From the NCBI GenBank assembly GCA_042217585.1, contig JBDGSJ010000010.1, positions 1 through 24,365 on the forward strand: a DNA stretch of 24,365 nt. Reading direction: 5' to 3'. The notes under the pieces were generated by a model. That model saw only the letters and a program-made list of their open reading frames with translations. It searched no databases and was not told where the DNA came from. This DNA is from Candidatus Nanohaloarchaea archaeon. Its GTDB lineage: Archaea; Nanohalarchaeota; Nanosalinia; Nanosalinales; Nanosalinaceae. The position numbers were made by a program, and so were the translations under genes. This document shows, piece by piece, positions 1 through 7,429 of the stretch; position 1 is the stretch's first letter, and each line of letters opens with the position of its first letter.

Positions 1-339
1 TGGCCGGTCATAGAGGGTTACGCGGACCGGCCTGGGATGAAGCCTCCGGTCCTGATGTCCGGGAACAGTTCAACCTGGGCTCCGGCCGGCCTCGAGTACA
101 TGGGTGGAAGCCTTTACTGGGGTGGTCTCAGGGGTGAAAGCCTGTACGAGGCGGAGATCTCGGGAGGAAAGATAAGGAACCTCACGGTCCATTACCGGAA
201 GGACTTCGGGAGGATTAGAGCGGTCGAGGAGGGACCGGAGGGAGACCTCTACATCACTACGAGCAACACCGACGGCAGAGGAGTCATCAGGCAGGGTGAC
301 GACAAGATAATTCTCATCAGGAAAGAGGCCCTGGACTAG
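1..339 (+). CDS. PQQ-dependent sugar (glucose/sorbosone) dehydrogenase family, C-terminal part; 5' end outside window
   Basis: Frame 1 is open from base 1 (WPVIEG...). Motifs TWAPAG, FGRIRAVEEGPEGDLYITTSNTDGRG and GDDKII are typical of GSDH beta-propellers. Confidence 0.88.
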   Translation, partial: WPVIEGYADRPGMKPPVLMSGNSSTWAPAGLEYMGGSLYWGGLRGESLYEAEISGGKIRNLTVHYRKDFGRIRAVEEGPEGDLYITTSNTDGRGVIRQGDDKIILIRKEALD

Positions 340-374
340 GAAAAGACTAAAAGCGGGAAAGGGAATACTTCCCT

Positions 375-1187
375 GTGGCAGAAGTAACAATAACGCAGTT
401 CACGGACCCGGCGTGCACCTGGTGCTGGGGCTCGGAACCAGTAATGCGGCGGATAAAGGAGGTCTACGCCGGGGAGGTCGAGATGGAGTTCGTGATGGGT
501 GGTCTTGTGGAGGACTTCGATTCCTTCGCTGATCCCGCGAATGGTATCGAGGAACCTGGGCAGGTCGCTTCCCACTGGAGGAAGGCGGCGGAGACCCACA
601 GGATGCCGGTGGACCCCTCGATATGGAGAGAAGATCCGCCGAGGTCCACCTACCCCGCGAACCGGGCTTACAGGGCCGCGGAGCTCCAGGGACAGGAAAA
701 GGCGGACCGTTTCCTCAGGAGGATGAGGGAGGCGGTGTGCGCCGAGGCGGAGAACATCGAGAGGGAGGAGGTCCTTGGCAGACTCGCGGAGGGCTGCGGA
801 CTTGACCGTGAAAGGCTGGTGGACGACATGGACAGCAGGACTGTTGAGGAGCTTTTCAGGGAGGACCTCGAGCTGGCGGAGAAGAAGGACGTCTCAGGTT
901 TCCCGACATTCTGGATAAGTTCCGGGGAGGAAGAGGTCTGGCTGAGAGGCTTCAACCGGTTCGAGACCTTCAGGGAGGCGATAGAGAAGGTTTCTGACGT
1001 GGAGCCCGGTGAAAACCCGGAGGTCACGGATTTCATCGAGAGGTACGGGAAGGTCGCGACGGCCGAGGTCTTCGAGGTATCGGACCTCGACGAGGCCGAG
1101 ACCCTCCAGAAGCTGAGGAGCCTTGAGAGGGAAGGCCGTGTCAGGTCTCTGAAGACAGGTAACGACTACTTCTGGATCAGTGAATAA
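375..1187 (+). CDS. DsbA-family thioredoxin-fold protein, YjbH/SpxH-like, with C-terminal winged-helix-like domain
   Basis: FTDPACTWCWG (CxxC), STYPANRAYRAAELQG, FLRRMREA and GFPT cis-Pro loop. The C-terminal ~55 aa end in GNDYFW, as in YjbH-type proteins. GTG start. Confidence 0.8.
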   Translation: MAEVTITQFTDPACTWCWGSEPVMRRIKEVYAGEVEMEFVMGGLVEDFDSFADPANGIEEPGQVASHWRKAAETHRMPVDPSIWREDPPRSTYPANRAYRAAELQGQEKADRFLRRMREAVCAEAENIEREEVLGRLAEGCGLDRERLVDDMDSRTVEELFREDLELAEKKDVSGFPTFWISSGEEEVWLRGFNRFETFREAIEKVSDVEPGENPEVTDFIERYGKVATAEVFEVSDLDEAETLQKLRSLEREGRVRSLKTGNDYFWISE

Positions 1188-1236
1188 CCACCTTTTTTAT
1201 CGATGGTAGTTCAACTTTGTACTGAAGGTTGTTCAG

Positions 1237-1521
1237 GTGGCAACTGAAGAAGAAGTTATAGAGGCGGCGATCGAGAAGGAGGCGGACACTCTGGGAGAGG
1301 GCACCGCGTACAAGTACGCCAGGGAGGTCGAGGGCCTTGAGATCGATGAAGATGGGAACGTCACGTCTATAGACGGCGATACCCAGCAGATACTTGCCAA
1401 CCTGGTCCTCAAGTACGTTGACTATGCCGGAGATATCTCAGCGACGCTTATAGCCCATGAGCTCTCGGAGACGGACACGGAAGGTGTGGATCTGCCGCCG
1501 ATGATCAAGAACAAGATGTGA
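1237..1521 (+). CDS. Small acidic hypothetical protein; one copy of a domain repeated twice in 2473-3432
   Basis: 94-aa ORF with upstream TATA-like element. The pattern EEVIE..IE....LG.GT...Y..E..GLE...DG...LV..Y...G...VDLP recurs in the downstream gene. Confidence 0.8.
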   Translation: MATEEEVIEAAIEKEADTLGEGTAYKYAREVEGLEIDEDGNVTSIDGDTQQILANLVLKYVDYAGDISATLIAHELSETDTEGVDLPPMIKNKM

Positions 1522-1573
1522 CCTCCATCACCTTTATATCCGATTTAAATAAACTTTCTGATACGGTGATAAA

Positions 1574-1978
1574 ATGGCACTTCATCTAGAGAAAACTGAC
1601 AAGCAGGTGATGGCAGGAGGACTCCTGGCTGTTATACTGCTTGCCGTGCTGTCTCACGTGATGCAGTGGCCCCGTGTGGTAGAACTGATCTTCGACGGTT
1701 TCTCAGCCATCTTCGGTATCGCCGCGGGTTACTTCGTCTACAAGGGATCTGATGCCCTTGGCGGTAACTTCGGCAGGTACCTCACGGTCATAGGGATCGG
1801 AGTGGCGTACTACACCGTCACAGCGATACCACACATCGTAGGCCACATCGTCGGATTCCAGGGTATAGGACCGATCAGCGGTCTCGCCATCTTCATGGCG
1901 CAGCATATCCTGGTATTCTGGATGTTCGTGATGATAGCTTACGGGTTCTACCTCTTCTACAGGGGTGGTGAAGCATGA
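1574..1978 (+). CDS. 4-TM membrane protein, paralog of 1975-2382
   Basis: Four hydrophobic segments. Motifs GGNFGRYL, IPH and IAYGFYLF are shared with the next gene. GGTGA SD upstream. Confidence 0.82.
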   Translation: MALHLEKTDKQVMAGGLLAVILLAVLSHVMQWPRVVELIFDGFSAIFGIAAGYFVYKGSDALGGNFGRYLTVIGIGVAYYTVTAIPHIVGHIVGFQGIGPISGLAIFMAQHILVFWMFVMIAYGFYLFYRGGEA

Positions 1979-2382
1979 TGCTGGAAGCAAGGGACAAGAA
2001 GCTGTTCCTCGTGGGTATAATCCTCTCGCTTATCGCGGGAGCGGCAGCCCAGCTTGGATACCTTGGCCTGAGGCACGAGCTCCTGGCGGGATACCTGCCT
2101 GGAGTCACGATCCCCTTCGCGATCTACTTCGCCTACAGGGCGAGAGACATCTGGGGAGGCCAGATCACGAGGTACCTTGAGATCATCATAGCGGGGCTTG
2201 TAGCCCAGTTCGTGATCTACATACCTCACCTCTACTGGCACTTCCAGGCGATAGGACCGAAGGCAAGCCTGCCCGCATGGGGAGCAAGTACCAACTTCTG
2301 GTACGTGTTCTTCCACGGGCTAAGCGCCTACTCGTTCCTGCTCATCGCCTACGGCTTCTACAGGTTCTGGAAGTCGGCGTAG
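1975..2382 (+). CDS. 4-TM membrane protein, paralog of 1574-1978
   Basis: ATGA overlap with the previous gene plus GGTGA SD. Motifs GGQITRYL, IPH and IAYGFYRF. Confidence 0.82.
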   Translation: MMLEARDKKLFLVGIILSLIAGAAAQLGYLGLRHELLAGYLPGVTIPFAIYFAYRARDIWGGQITRYLEIIIAGLVAQFVIYIPHLYWHFQAIGPKASLPAWGASTNFWYVFFHGLSAYSFLLIAYGFYRFWKSA

Positions 2383-2397
2383 AGAAAACACCCCTCC

Positions 2398-2415
2398 GTT
2401 CTCTTTTTCTCTTTT
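2398..2415 (+). terminator. Oligo-T/pyrimidine archaeal terminator after the 4-TM gene pair
   Basis: GTTCTCTTTTTCTCTTTT just downstream of the stop at 2382. Confidence 0.5.
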
Positions 2416-2438
2416 ATCCGGAGATCGGCGAATCGTTA

Positions 2439-2448
2439 CACCTTTATT
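2439..2448 (+). promoter_or_regulatory. Archaeal BRE/TATA-like promoter of 2473-3432
   Basis: CACCTTTATT ~30 nt before ATG; similar elements at 1189 and 1529. Confidence 0.55.
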
Positions 2449-2472
2449 CCTGTGGCGGGAACCTCAAACAGG

Positions 2473-3432
2473 ATGAACCAGAACGGCGAAATCCTCGAGG
2501 AAGTCATAAAGAACGCTAAAAGGGATCTGGAACCCGGAAAGGTCTCCGAGATACTCGAGGAGCTGGACGGTCTGGAGACCTCTGATGGAGGTATCGAACG
2601 GATGACCCGGGACCCGTCGGACGTCTTCCAGGACCTCACCGACGCCCTTGTGTCGGAGTTCGGGGCCGATGCGAGGGAGACCGTCAGGGAGGCGCTCGAG
2701 GGAGCAGAGACCTCTGAGATCGACCTCCCAGCGTTCGCCAGGGAGACGACTCACAGGCTGGTAATCGAGGAGATAATCGAAAGGGAGCGAGAGGTCATAC
2801 AGGGTGGGTCCGGAACAGGCTTCCAGATAGTGTCCCAGATCGACCGTTCGGACAAGCAGGAGAACCTTCCGGCTATAACCACTTCCACGCTCGGAACAGC
2901 GGAGAGGGCGGCTGAACGCCTCGCGCTGGGGGATTTCCAGGACCTCTTCATAAGGACCGACGAGGGAAAGGTCGTGATCGTGAACGCGGGACGCGGAGAG
3001 GCCATGACCGTGCTGATGGACCAGGACGTGGAGGACGGCCTGGTCAGGACCGGGATACAGGAGACCGTTGACAGGATAAAGGACCACCAGTCCCGTGGAG
3101 AGATGGAGGAAGTGAGGGAGGAGGTCGAGGAGCTCCGGAAGAGCTACGACGGCATAAGAGGGGTCAGCCTTGTCAACTTCGACGTCAACGATTACGTTTC
3201 AGAGCTCCACTTCGTGGAGGAGACCGGTGAAGGCGTAAAGGTCTCGGAGGGCGTCGGGAGAAATGAGGTCGAGGAACTGGTCGACCATTTCCTCCAGTTA
3301 CAGGGGGACGGCGCCTACGGTATCGCGAGAGGGGTCCTTGACAGTATAATGAGCCCCGAGGATGACATCGATCTACCTGCCGAGATAGTGCCGCGTCGTA
3401 TCAAGGAAGAGAGGTTCGTCAGCAACTTCTGA
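2473..3432 (+). CDS. Multidomain protein: two copies of the 1237-type domain, the second interrupted by a circularly permuted Roadblock/LC7 (MglB-like) domain
   Basis: AITTSTLGTAERAAERLALGDFQDLFIRTDEGKVVIVNAG...TVL......GLVR is the Roadblock core. The Roadblock N-terminal helix and strand (MEEVREEVEELRKSYDGIRGVSLVNFD) follow it instead of preceding it. ATG 2473 lies ~30 nt after TTTATT at 2443. Confidence 0.8.
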   Translation: MNQNGEILEEVIKNAKRDLEPGKVSEILEELDGLETSDGGIERMTRDPSDVFQDLTDALVSEFGADARETVREALEGAETSEIDLPAFARETTHRLVIEEIIEREREVIQGGSGTGFQIVSQIDRSDKQENLPAITTSTLGTAERAAERLALGDFQDLFIRTDEGKVVIVNAGRGEAMTVLMDQDVEDGLVRTGIQETVDRIKDHQSRGEMEEVREEVEELRKSYDGIRGVSLVNFDVNDYVSELHFVEETGEGVKVSEGVGRNEVEELVDHFLQLQGDGAYGIARGVLDSIMSPEDDIDLPAEIVPRRIKEERFVSNF

Positions 3433-3472
3433 CCCCGCCAGTATTTAAACAGGGTTCGGTAAACTCTCCTTG

Positions 3473-4177
3473 ATGGGTTTCGAGGCCTACACCCCTCTGC
3501 TCGACGGAACTATAGCTCTCCTGTGCTTCCTGAGGCTGTGGACCGTCTACAGGAGGGAGGGGGCCGAGTCACACCGGTACTTCGCGAAGTTCTTCCTCTT
3601 CTACGGCCTGTTCTTCATTACGATAGCCCTCCCTGCTTACATCGGGGGGCTGAGGAACTTCGGTGTGGCGGATGCGGCCTGGACCACGTTCTCTACCGAC
3701 TCCCTTCTGCTGTTCTTCATAGCGGGCCAGGGATTCTTCCTGGCAGCCCTTGCGTACTTCTCGCAGGTCCCGCTCCACATAATCAGGCCGGAGTGGAAGG
3801 AAAAGGTCTTCAGGCTGAACCTCGGGATGATCTTCGTCATCCTCCCGGTCAACCTGCTGTTCTTCAGCATGCCGGCGGAGGAGGGATTCGCGGCCATCTC
3901 CACTCTCTCACTTCCGATGGCCCCGGTTTTCGGTCTTCTCCTGCTGGGACAGATGGTCCCGGGCATCCTTCTGTTCGGAAAGATGGCGTACGACAGGTCC
4001 GGCACCGACCGTATGAAGATGGCCCTGCTGTCGGTAGGACTGCTGATACTGACGGTGTCCGGACCAATGCACAGCATCGTTTCGGAACCCGGCCTGTTCA
4101 TACTCGCCAGCGGGTTCACGATAACGGGCACTCTGACGACCTTCGCGGGAGTCTACCTGAACCGCGTGATGGAGTGA
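3473..4177 (+). CDS. 7-TM membrane protein, putative sensor domain (HisKA_7TM-like topology) without fused output domain
   Basis: Seven hydrophobic segments counted by eye. TTTAAA at 3444-3449 suggests a leaderless start. No Lys in helix 7, so not a rhodopsin. Confidence 0.7.
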   Translation: MGFEAYTPLLDGTIALLCFLRLWTVYRREGAESHRYFAKFFLFYGLFFITIALPAYIGGLRNFGVADAAWTTFSTDSLLLFFIAGQGFFLAALAYFSQVPLHIIRPEWKEKVFRLNLGMIFVILPVNLLFFSMPAEEGFAAISTLSLPMAPVFGLLLLGQMVPGILLFGKMAYDRSGTDRMKMALLSVGLLILTVSGPMHSIVSEPGLFILASGFTITGTLTTFAGVYLNRVME

Positions 4178-4218
4178 CCCCGGAAAGTTTTATTCAGGAC
4201 CTCACACAGTTTCCACAT

Positions 4219-4542
4219 ATGTCCAATCCTATAGACGACGAGCACAGGCACGCCGCGGGCGAGTTCAAGGAGGCCTCGGGCGGCATGGGAGAGAAGTACC
4301 AGGACTGGCAGCAGGAGATAAAGGACGAATCCGTCTTCGACGACGTCACGACCGAGCTGATAATGCTTTCAGCGGCCGCGGCGGCGCAGTGCAAGTTCTG
4401 CGTCCATTCCCACGGTCAGAAAGCCATAAGGCACGGTGCGTCGAAGGAGGAAGTGGCGCAGGTGGTCCAGATGGCGGCCGAGGTTAAGGCCGGGGCGACC
4501 ATCTCGTACGGTCTTGAAGCGCTTGAACATTTCGAGGACTAG
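4219..4542 (+). CDS. Carboxymuconolactone decarboxylase / AhpD-like protein
   Basis: ELIMLSAAAAAQCKFCVHSHGQKAIRHGASKEEV (CxxC-xx-H motif). ATG at 4219 follows a TTTTATT promoter-like element. Confidence 0.88.
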   Translation: MSNPIDDEHRHAAGEFKEASGGMGEKYQDWQQEIKDESVFDDVTTELIMLSAAAAAQCKFCVHSHGQKAIRHGASKEEVAQVVQMAAEVKAGATISYGLEALEHFED

Positions 4543-5144
4543 AGAAGCTCCTCTATGTAGCGGGAGCCGACATCTATCCCCAGCTTCCGGTCCATCTCCT
4601 CCAGCAGTTCTTCTCTTTCCCTCCCTTTTTCGATCGCCGCCTCGATGTGTTCGCGGTCCGGCCTCGGGACGTACAGGACCAGTTCGAGGTACTCCTCGCC
4701 CCCGATCTCCATCCCGTCGAGCTTCTCCCTGAGTTCCATGCCCGGCGGTTCCTCTGATCCGGTGTAGTAACTGACCGCGTCCTCCGGGTAACCGAGGAAC
4801 CTGCCCCGGGTCTCCGCCGAGACCTCCTCTCCCTCGAGCATCTCCATCCTGTCCCCGTCCGAGATGTACGCCGTCGGCCTGAAGAACTTCTCCCTTCCCA
4901 GCATCCTGTCCACGATGCCCTGGTCCTCCCCGCCGTGCTCGGCGTAGCTGTAATCGAAGTCCTCACAGAACCTCTTCAGCGCCTCCCTCTGTTTCTCATC
5001 CACGCCCAGGATGCACGCACCGGGCTTCTCACCCAGGACCAGGAGAAGAAGCGAGTAGGCTCTCTCCCAGTCCATCTTCTGCGGGAGCTCGTAAAGGAAG
5101 TAGGACTCGATCAGCCGGGGATCCGGGTTTTTCGAGGACCTCAT
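4539..5144 (-). CDS. Hypothetical protein with GRFLGYP motif
   Basis: 201-aa acidic ORF with host-like codon usage. LGEKPG and GRFLGYPEDAV resemble a halophile hypothetical family. Start uncertain. Confidence 0.7.
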   Translation of the reverse strand: MRSSKNPDPRLIESYFLYELPQKMDWERAYSLLLLVLGEKPGACILGVDEKQREALKRFCEDFDYSYAEHGGEDQGIVDRMLGREKFFRPTAYISDGDRMEMLEGEEVSAETRGRFLGYPEDAVSYYTGSEEPPGMELREKLDGMEIGGEEYLELVLYVPRPDREHIEAAIEKGREREELLEEMDRKLGIDVGSRYIEELL

Positions 5145-5204
5145 GACCTGAAATCGGTTTTCCCACGGTTTGACTTAAAAGCGTTCATGCGGTACATTGG
5201 TAAC

Positions 5205-5831
5205 ATGTCACTGAAAATCCTGGTCACCAGCGACTTCCACGCCCGGGAGGACCTTAAGGAGGCCGCGATAGAGGAGGCGAACTCGGGCGACTACGACCTG
5301 TTCGTTAACCTCGGGGATTACATGGACGAGGATTACGCGGAGGACCTTTTCGACCGTATCGAGATCGCGGGGATCGGATGCACCGGCAACCGTGACATGT
5401 TCTTCGACGGGGAGTTCATGGAGGGCGATACTCCGGTCTACAACTTCGCGGAGGCGCCGATCGACGACGAGTACCTCGTGGTGCTTGTCGGAGGTGACTT
5501 CCCGGACGACGTCAAGGACCAGATAGTGGAGAGCATCGAGGATTTCGGCAACCCGGACAAGACTATAATCGGGACGCATTACCCGCCGCTGAGAGTCGGC
5601 GACAGGGTCCACTCCGGGAAGCGGATAGGGTTCGAACAGTTCAGGGAGATAATCCTGAGGCACAAGCCCGCTCTCTGGATGAACGGTCACGTCCACGAGG
5701 ACTTCGGCGAGAGAGAACTCATGGGCACCAAGGTACTCAATGCAGCCGCCGAGGACACGGGGAAGGCGTTCTCCGTCACCATCGGGGACGAGGGCGGAGT
5801 TGAGGAAGTAGAAGAAATCGAACTCGTGTAG
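5205..5831 (+). CDS. Calcineurin-like metallophosphoesterase
   Basis: Motifs SDFH, LGD, GNRD, THYPP and GHVHE. ATG at 5205. Confidence 0.9.
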   Translation: MSLKILVTSDFHAREDLKEAAIEEANSGDYDLFVNLGDYMDEDYAEDLFDRIEIAGIGCTGNRDMFFDGEFMEGDTPVYNFAEAPIDDEYLVVLVGGDFPDDVKDQIVESIEDFGNPDKTIIGTHYPPLRVGDRVHSGKRIGFEQFREIILRHKPALWMNGHVHEDFGERELMGTKVLNAAAEDTGKAFSVTIGDEGGVEEVEEIELV

Positions 5832-5877
5832 TTCGAAAATCGCAACCTATTTATCCTTTCCCGGAGAACTTTTCTAC

Positions 5878-6279
5878 ATGGATGAGACAGACCGTGAAAT
5901 ACTCCGGATACTTGAAGAAAACGGCAGGAAGTCGTACACCGAGATATCTGAACAGGTCGGGGTATCAGAGGGCACGGTCCGGAACAGGGTCCAGGACCTG
6001 AAGGACCGCGGCGTCATTGAGAAGTTCACGGTGGAGGTCCGGGAAGAGGAGGAGATGTCCGCGTTCGTCGCCGTCGAGATAGGAACGGAGTCCGACCCCT
6101 CGGAGATATACGACGAGATCTCGGACGACTTCGAGGTGTTCGAGGTCGCCGGACCGCTGGACGCCTTTGTCAGGGTCCGGGGAGAGAACTCCGCGGAGAT
6201 CAACCGGGCGGTGGACAGGATAAGAGCGGTTGACGGGGTCAGCTCCACGGAGACCTACATGGTCCTCAACCGGCGGTAG
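5878..6279 (+). CDS. Lrp/AsnC family transcriptional regulator
   Basis: MDETDREILRILEENGRKSYTEISEQVGVSEGTVRNRV HTH, plus C-terminal RAM domain (EVAGPLD). Confidence 0.95.
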   Translation: MDETDREILRILEENGRKSYTEISEQVGVSEGTVRNRVQDLKDRGVIEKFTVEVREEEEMSAFVAVEIGTESDPSEIYDEISDDFEVFEVAGPLDAFVRVRGENSAEINRAVDRIRAVDGVSSTETYMVLNRR

Positions 6280-7420
6280 TCCAGATCTCGTCTCTCTCGT
6301 TCAGGTAGAGTTCCATCGACTGGCGGGCGGTCCACGTCGCGCCACGCCTCAGGTTGTGGCTGAGGGTCTTCATCGATACTTTTCTGGGCGTCAGCTGCCT
6401 TATATCCGAGACAGCTATCGCCATCCCCTCGCCCTCGAAGACGTGTTCCCGGGGCTCCACCGTCTCGTCAAGGACCACGAACAGCTCATCGGGGGTGGAG
6501 GGCAGTTCCCGGACCTGTTCCGGTACACTGTAGTTCTCCAGGCTTTCCCGGACCTGTTCCGCGGACGTCTGTTCTTCGAACTCCAGGGTGACGCATTCAA
6601 GGTGGCCGTACTGCGTGGCGATCCGGTTGGTCTGCGAGAACACCGGGGTTATGGAATCCGGTTCCCTTCCTTTCCTCAGGCCGCGGTATTGGTCCACCGC
6701 CTCCTCTCTCGATTTCACGTTGCCGAGTATCTTCTGCGGCTCTGTCTCCGACTTCACTTCCTCGCCGTTCGGGGTCTCCGGGCCCCAGTCATCCCTCGCG
6801 TTTCCTACTATCCGTTCACGGTAGCTCTCCTCGGCGATCCTGTCGCCCTTCCCTGAGATCGCCTGGAGAGTGGTCAGCCGGACCTCCCGCACCCCGTCGA
6901 CAGCGTCAAGGACCGGGGTAAACCCCGCTGTTGTGCAGTTCGGGTTGTTGGCCTGGACCCCGGGAGTGTCCTGCGCCTCCATCCTTTCGACGTGTCCTGG
7001 GTTCACCTCGGGTATGAATAGCGGCACGTTTTCCTCCCACCGGAACTCCGAGGCATTGGAGAACACGTTGACGCCGCGCTCCCGGAGCTCCGGCTCGATC
7101 TCCCTGGCCGCTGAGCTGGGGACCGCACATATCACGCAGTCGACCCGTTCCGCGATGACCCCGGGGTCCGGTTCGACGAGTTCCATACCGGCGTACTCTT
7201 CCGGACATTCCCTGGGCTCCCAGAAGCTGTAGGCCTCCGAGAGGTCCTCCTCCTTTTCATTGAAGACCTCTCCAAGCTCTCTGCCCGCGGAGCCGGGCGA
7301 ACCCGCCACGAGTTCAAGGTCCGCGTAGCTGTGCCCGTTTTCCTCCAGGATTTTCTGGTGTATCACGGCCGATCTCCCGGCCATACCTGTCGCACCGATT
7401 ATACCGAGCTTTATTCCCAT
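6266..7420 (-). CDS. asd: Aspartate-semialdehyde dehydrogenase (divergent, archaeal-type)
   Basis: GIIGATGMAG, SNASEFR, VPLFIPEVNPGH, catalytic NPNCTT, QAISG, GH and HNLRRGA. Confidence 0.92.
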   Translation of the reverse strand: MGIKLGIIGATGMAGRSAVIHQKILEENGHSYADLELVAGSPGSAGRELGEVFNEKEEDLSEAYSFWEPRECPEEYAGMELVEPDPGVIAERVDCVICAVPSSAAREIEPELRERGVNVFSNASEFRWEENVPLFIPEVNPGHVERMEAQDTPGVQANNPNCTTAGFTPVLDAVDGVREVRLTTLQAISGKGDRIAEESYRERIVGNARDDWGPETPNGEEVKSETEPQKILGNVKSREEAVDQYRGLRKGREPDSITPVFSQTNRIATQYGHLECVTLEFEEQTSAEQVRESLENYSVPEQVRELPSTPDELFVVLDETVEPREHVFEGEGMAIAVSDIRQLTPRKVSMKTLSHNLRRGATWTARQSMELYLNERDEIWTTAG

Positions 7421-7429
7421 AGTACCGTT

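Noticed and set aside
2806..3195. Canonical BHB intron or intein explanation for the Roadblock insert
   Set aside because: Only 3 of 4 central-helix pairs and no flanking stems; no N-terminal Cys/Ser or C-terminal His-Asn intein motifs; no direct repeats beyond one G.
3473..4177. Microbial rhodopsin
   Set aside because: Seven TM, but no retinal-binding Lys (DxxxK/SxxxK) in helix 7.
3523..4218. Long N-terminal extensions in the ORF track (3523-4542, 4935-5831, 7430-8830, 21788-22288) and many antisense ORFs
   Set aside because: They overlap well-supported genes and lack acidic composition; expected shadow ORFs in GC-rich DNA.
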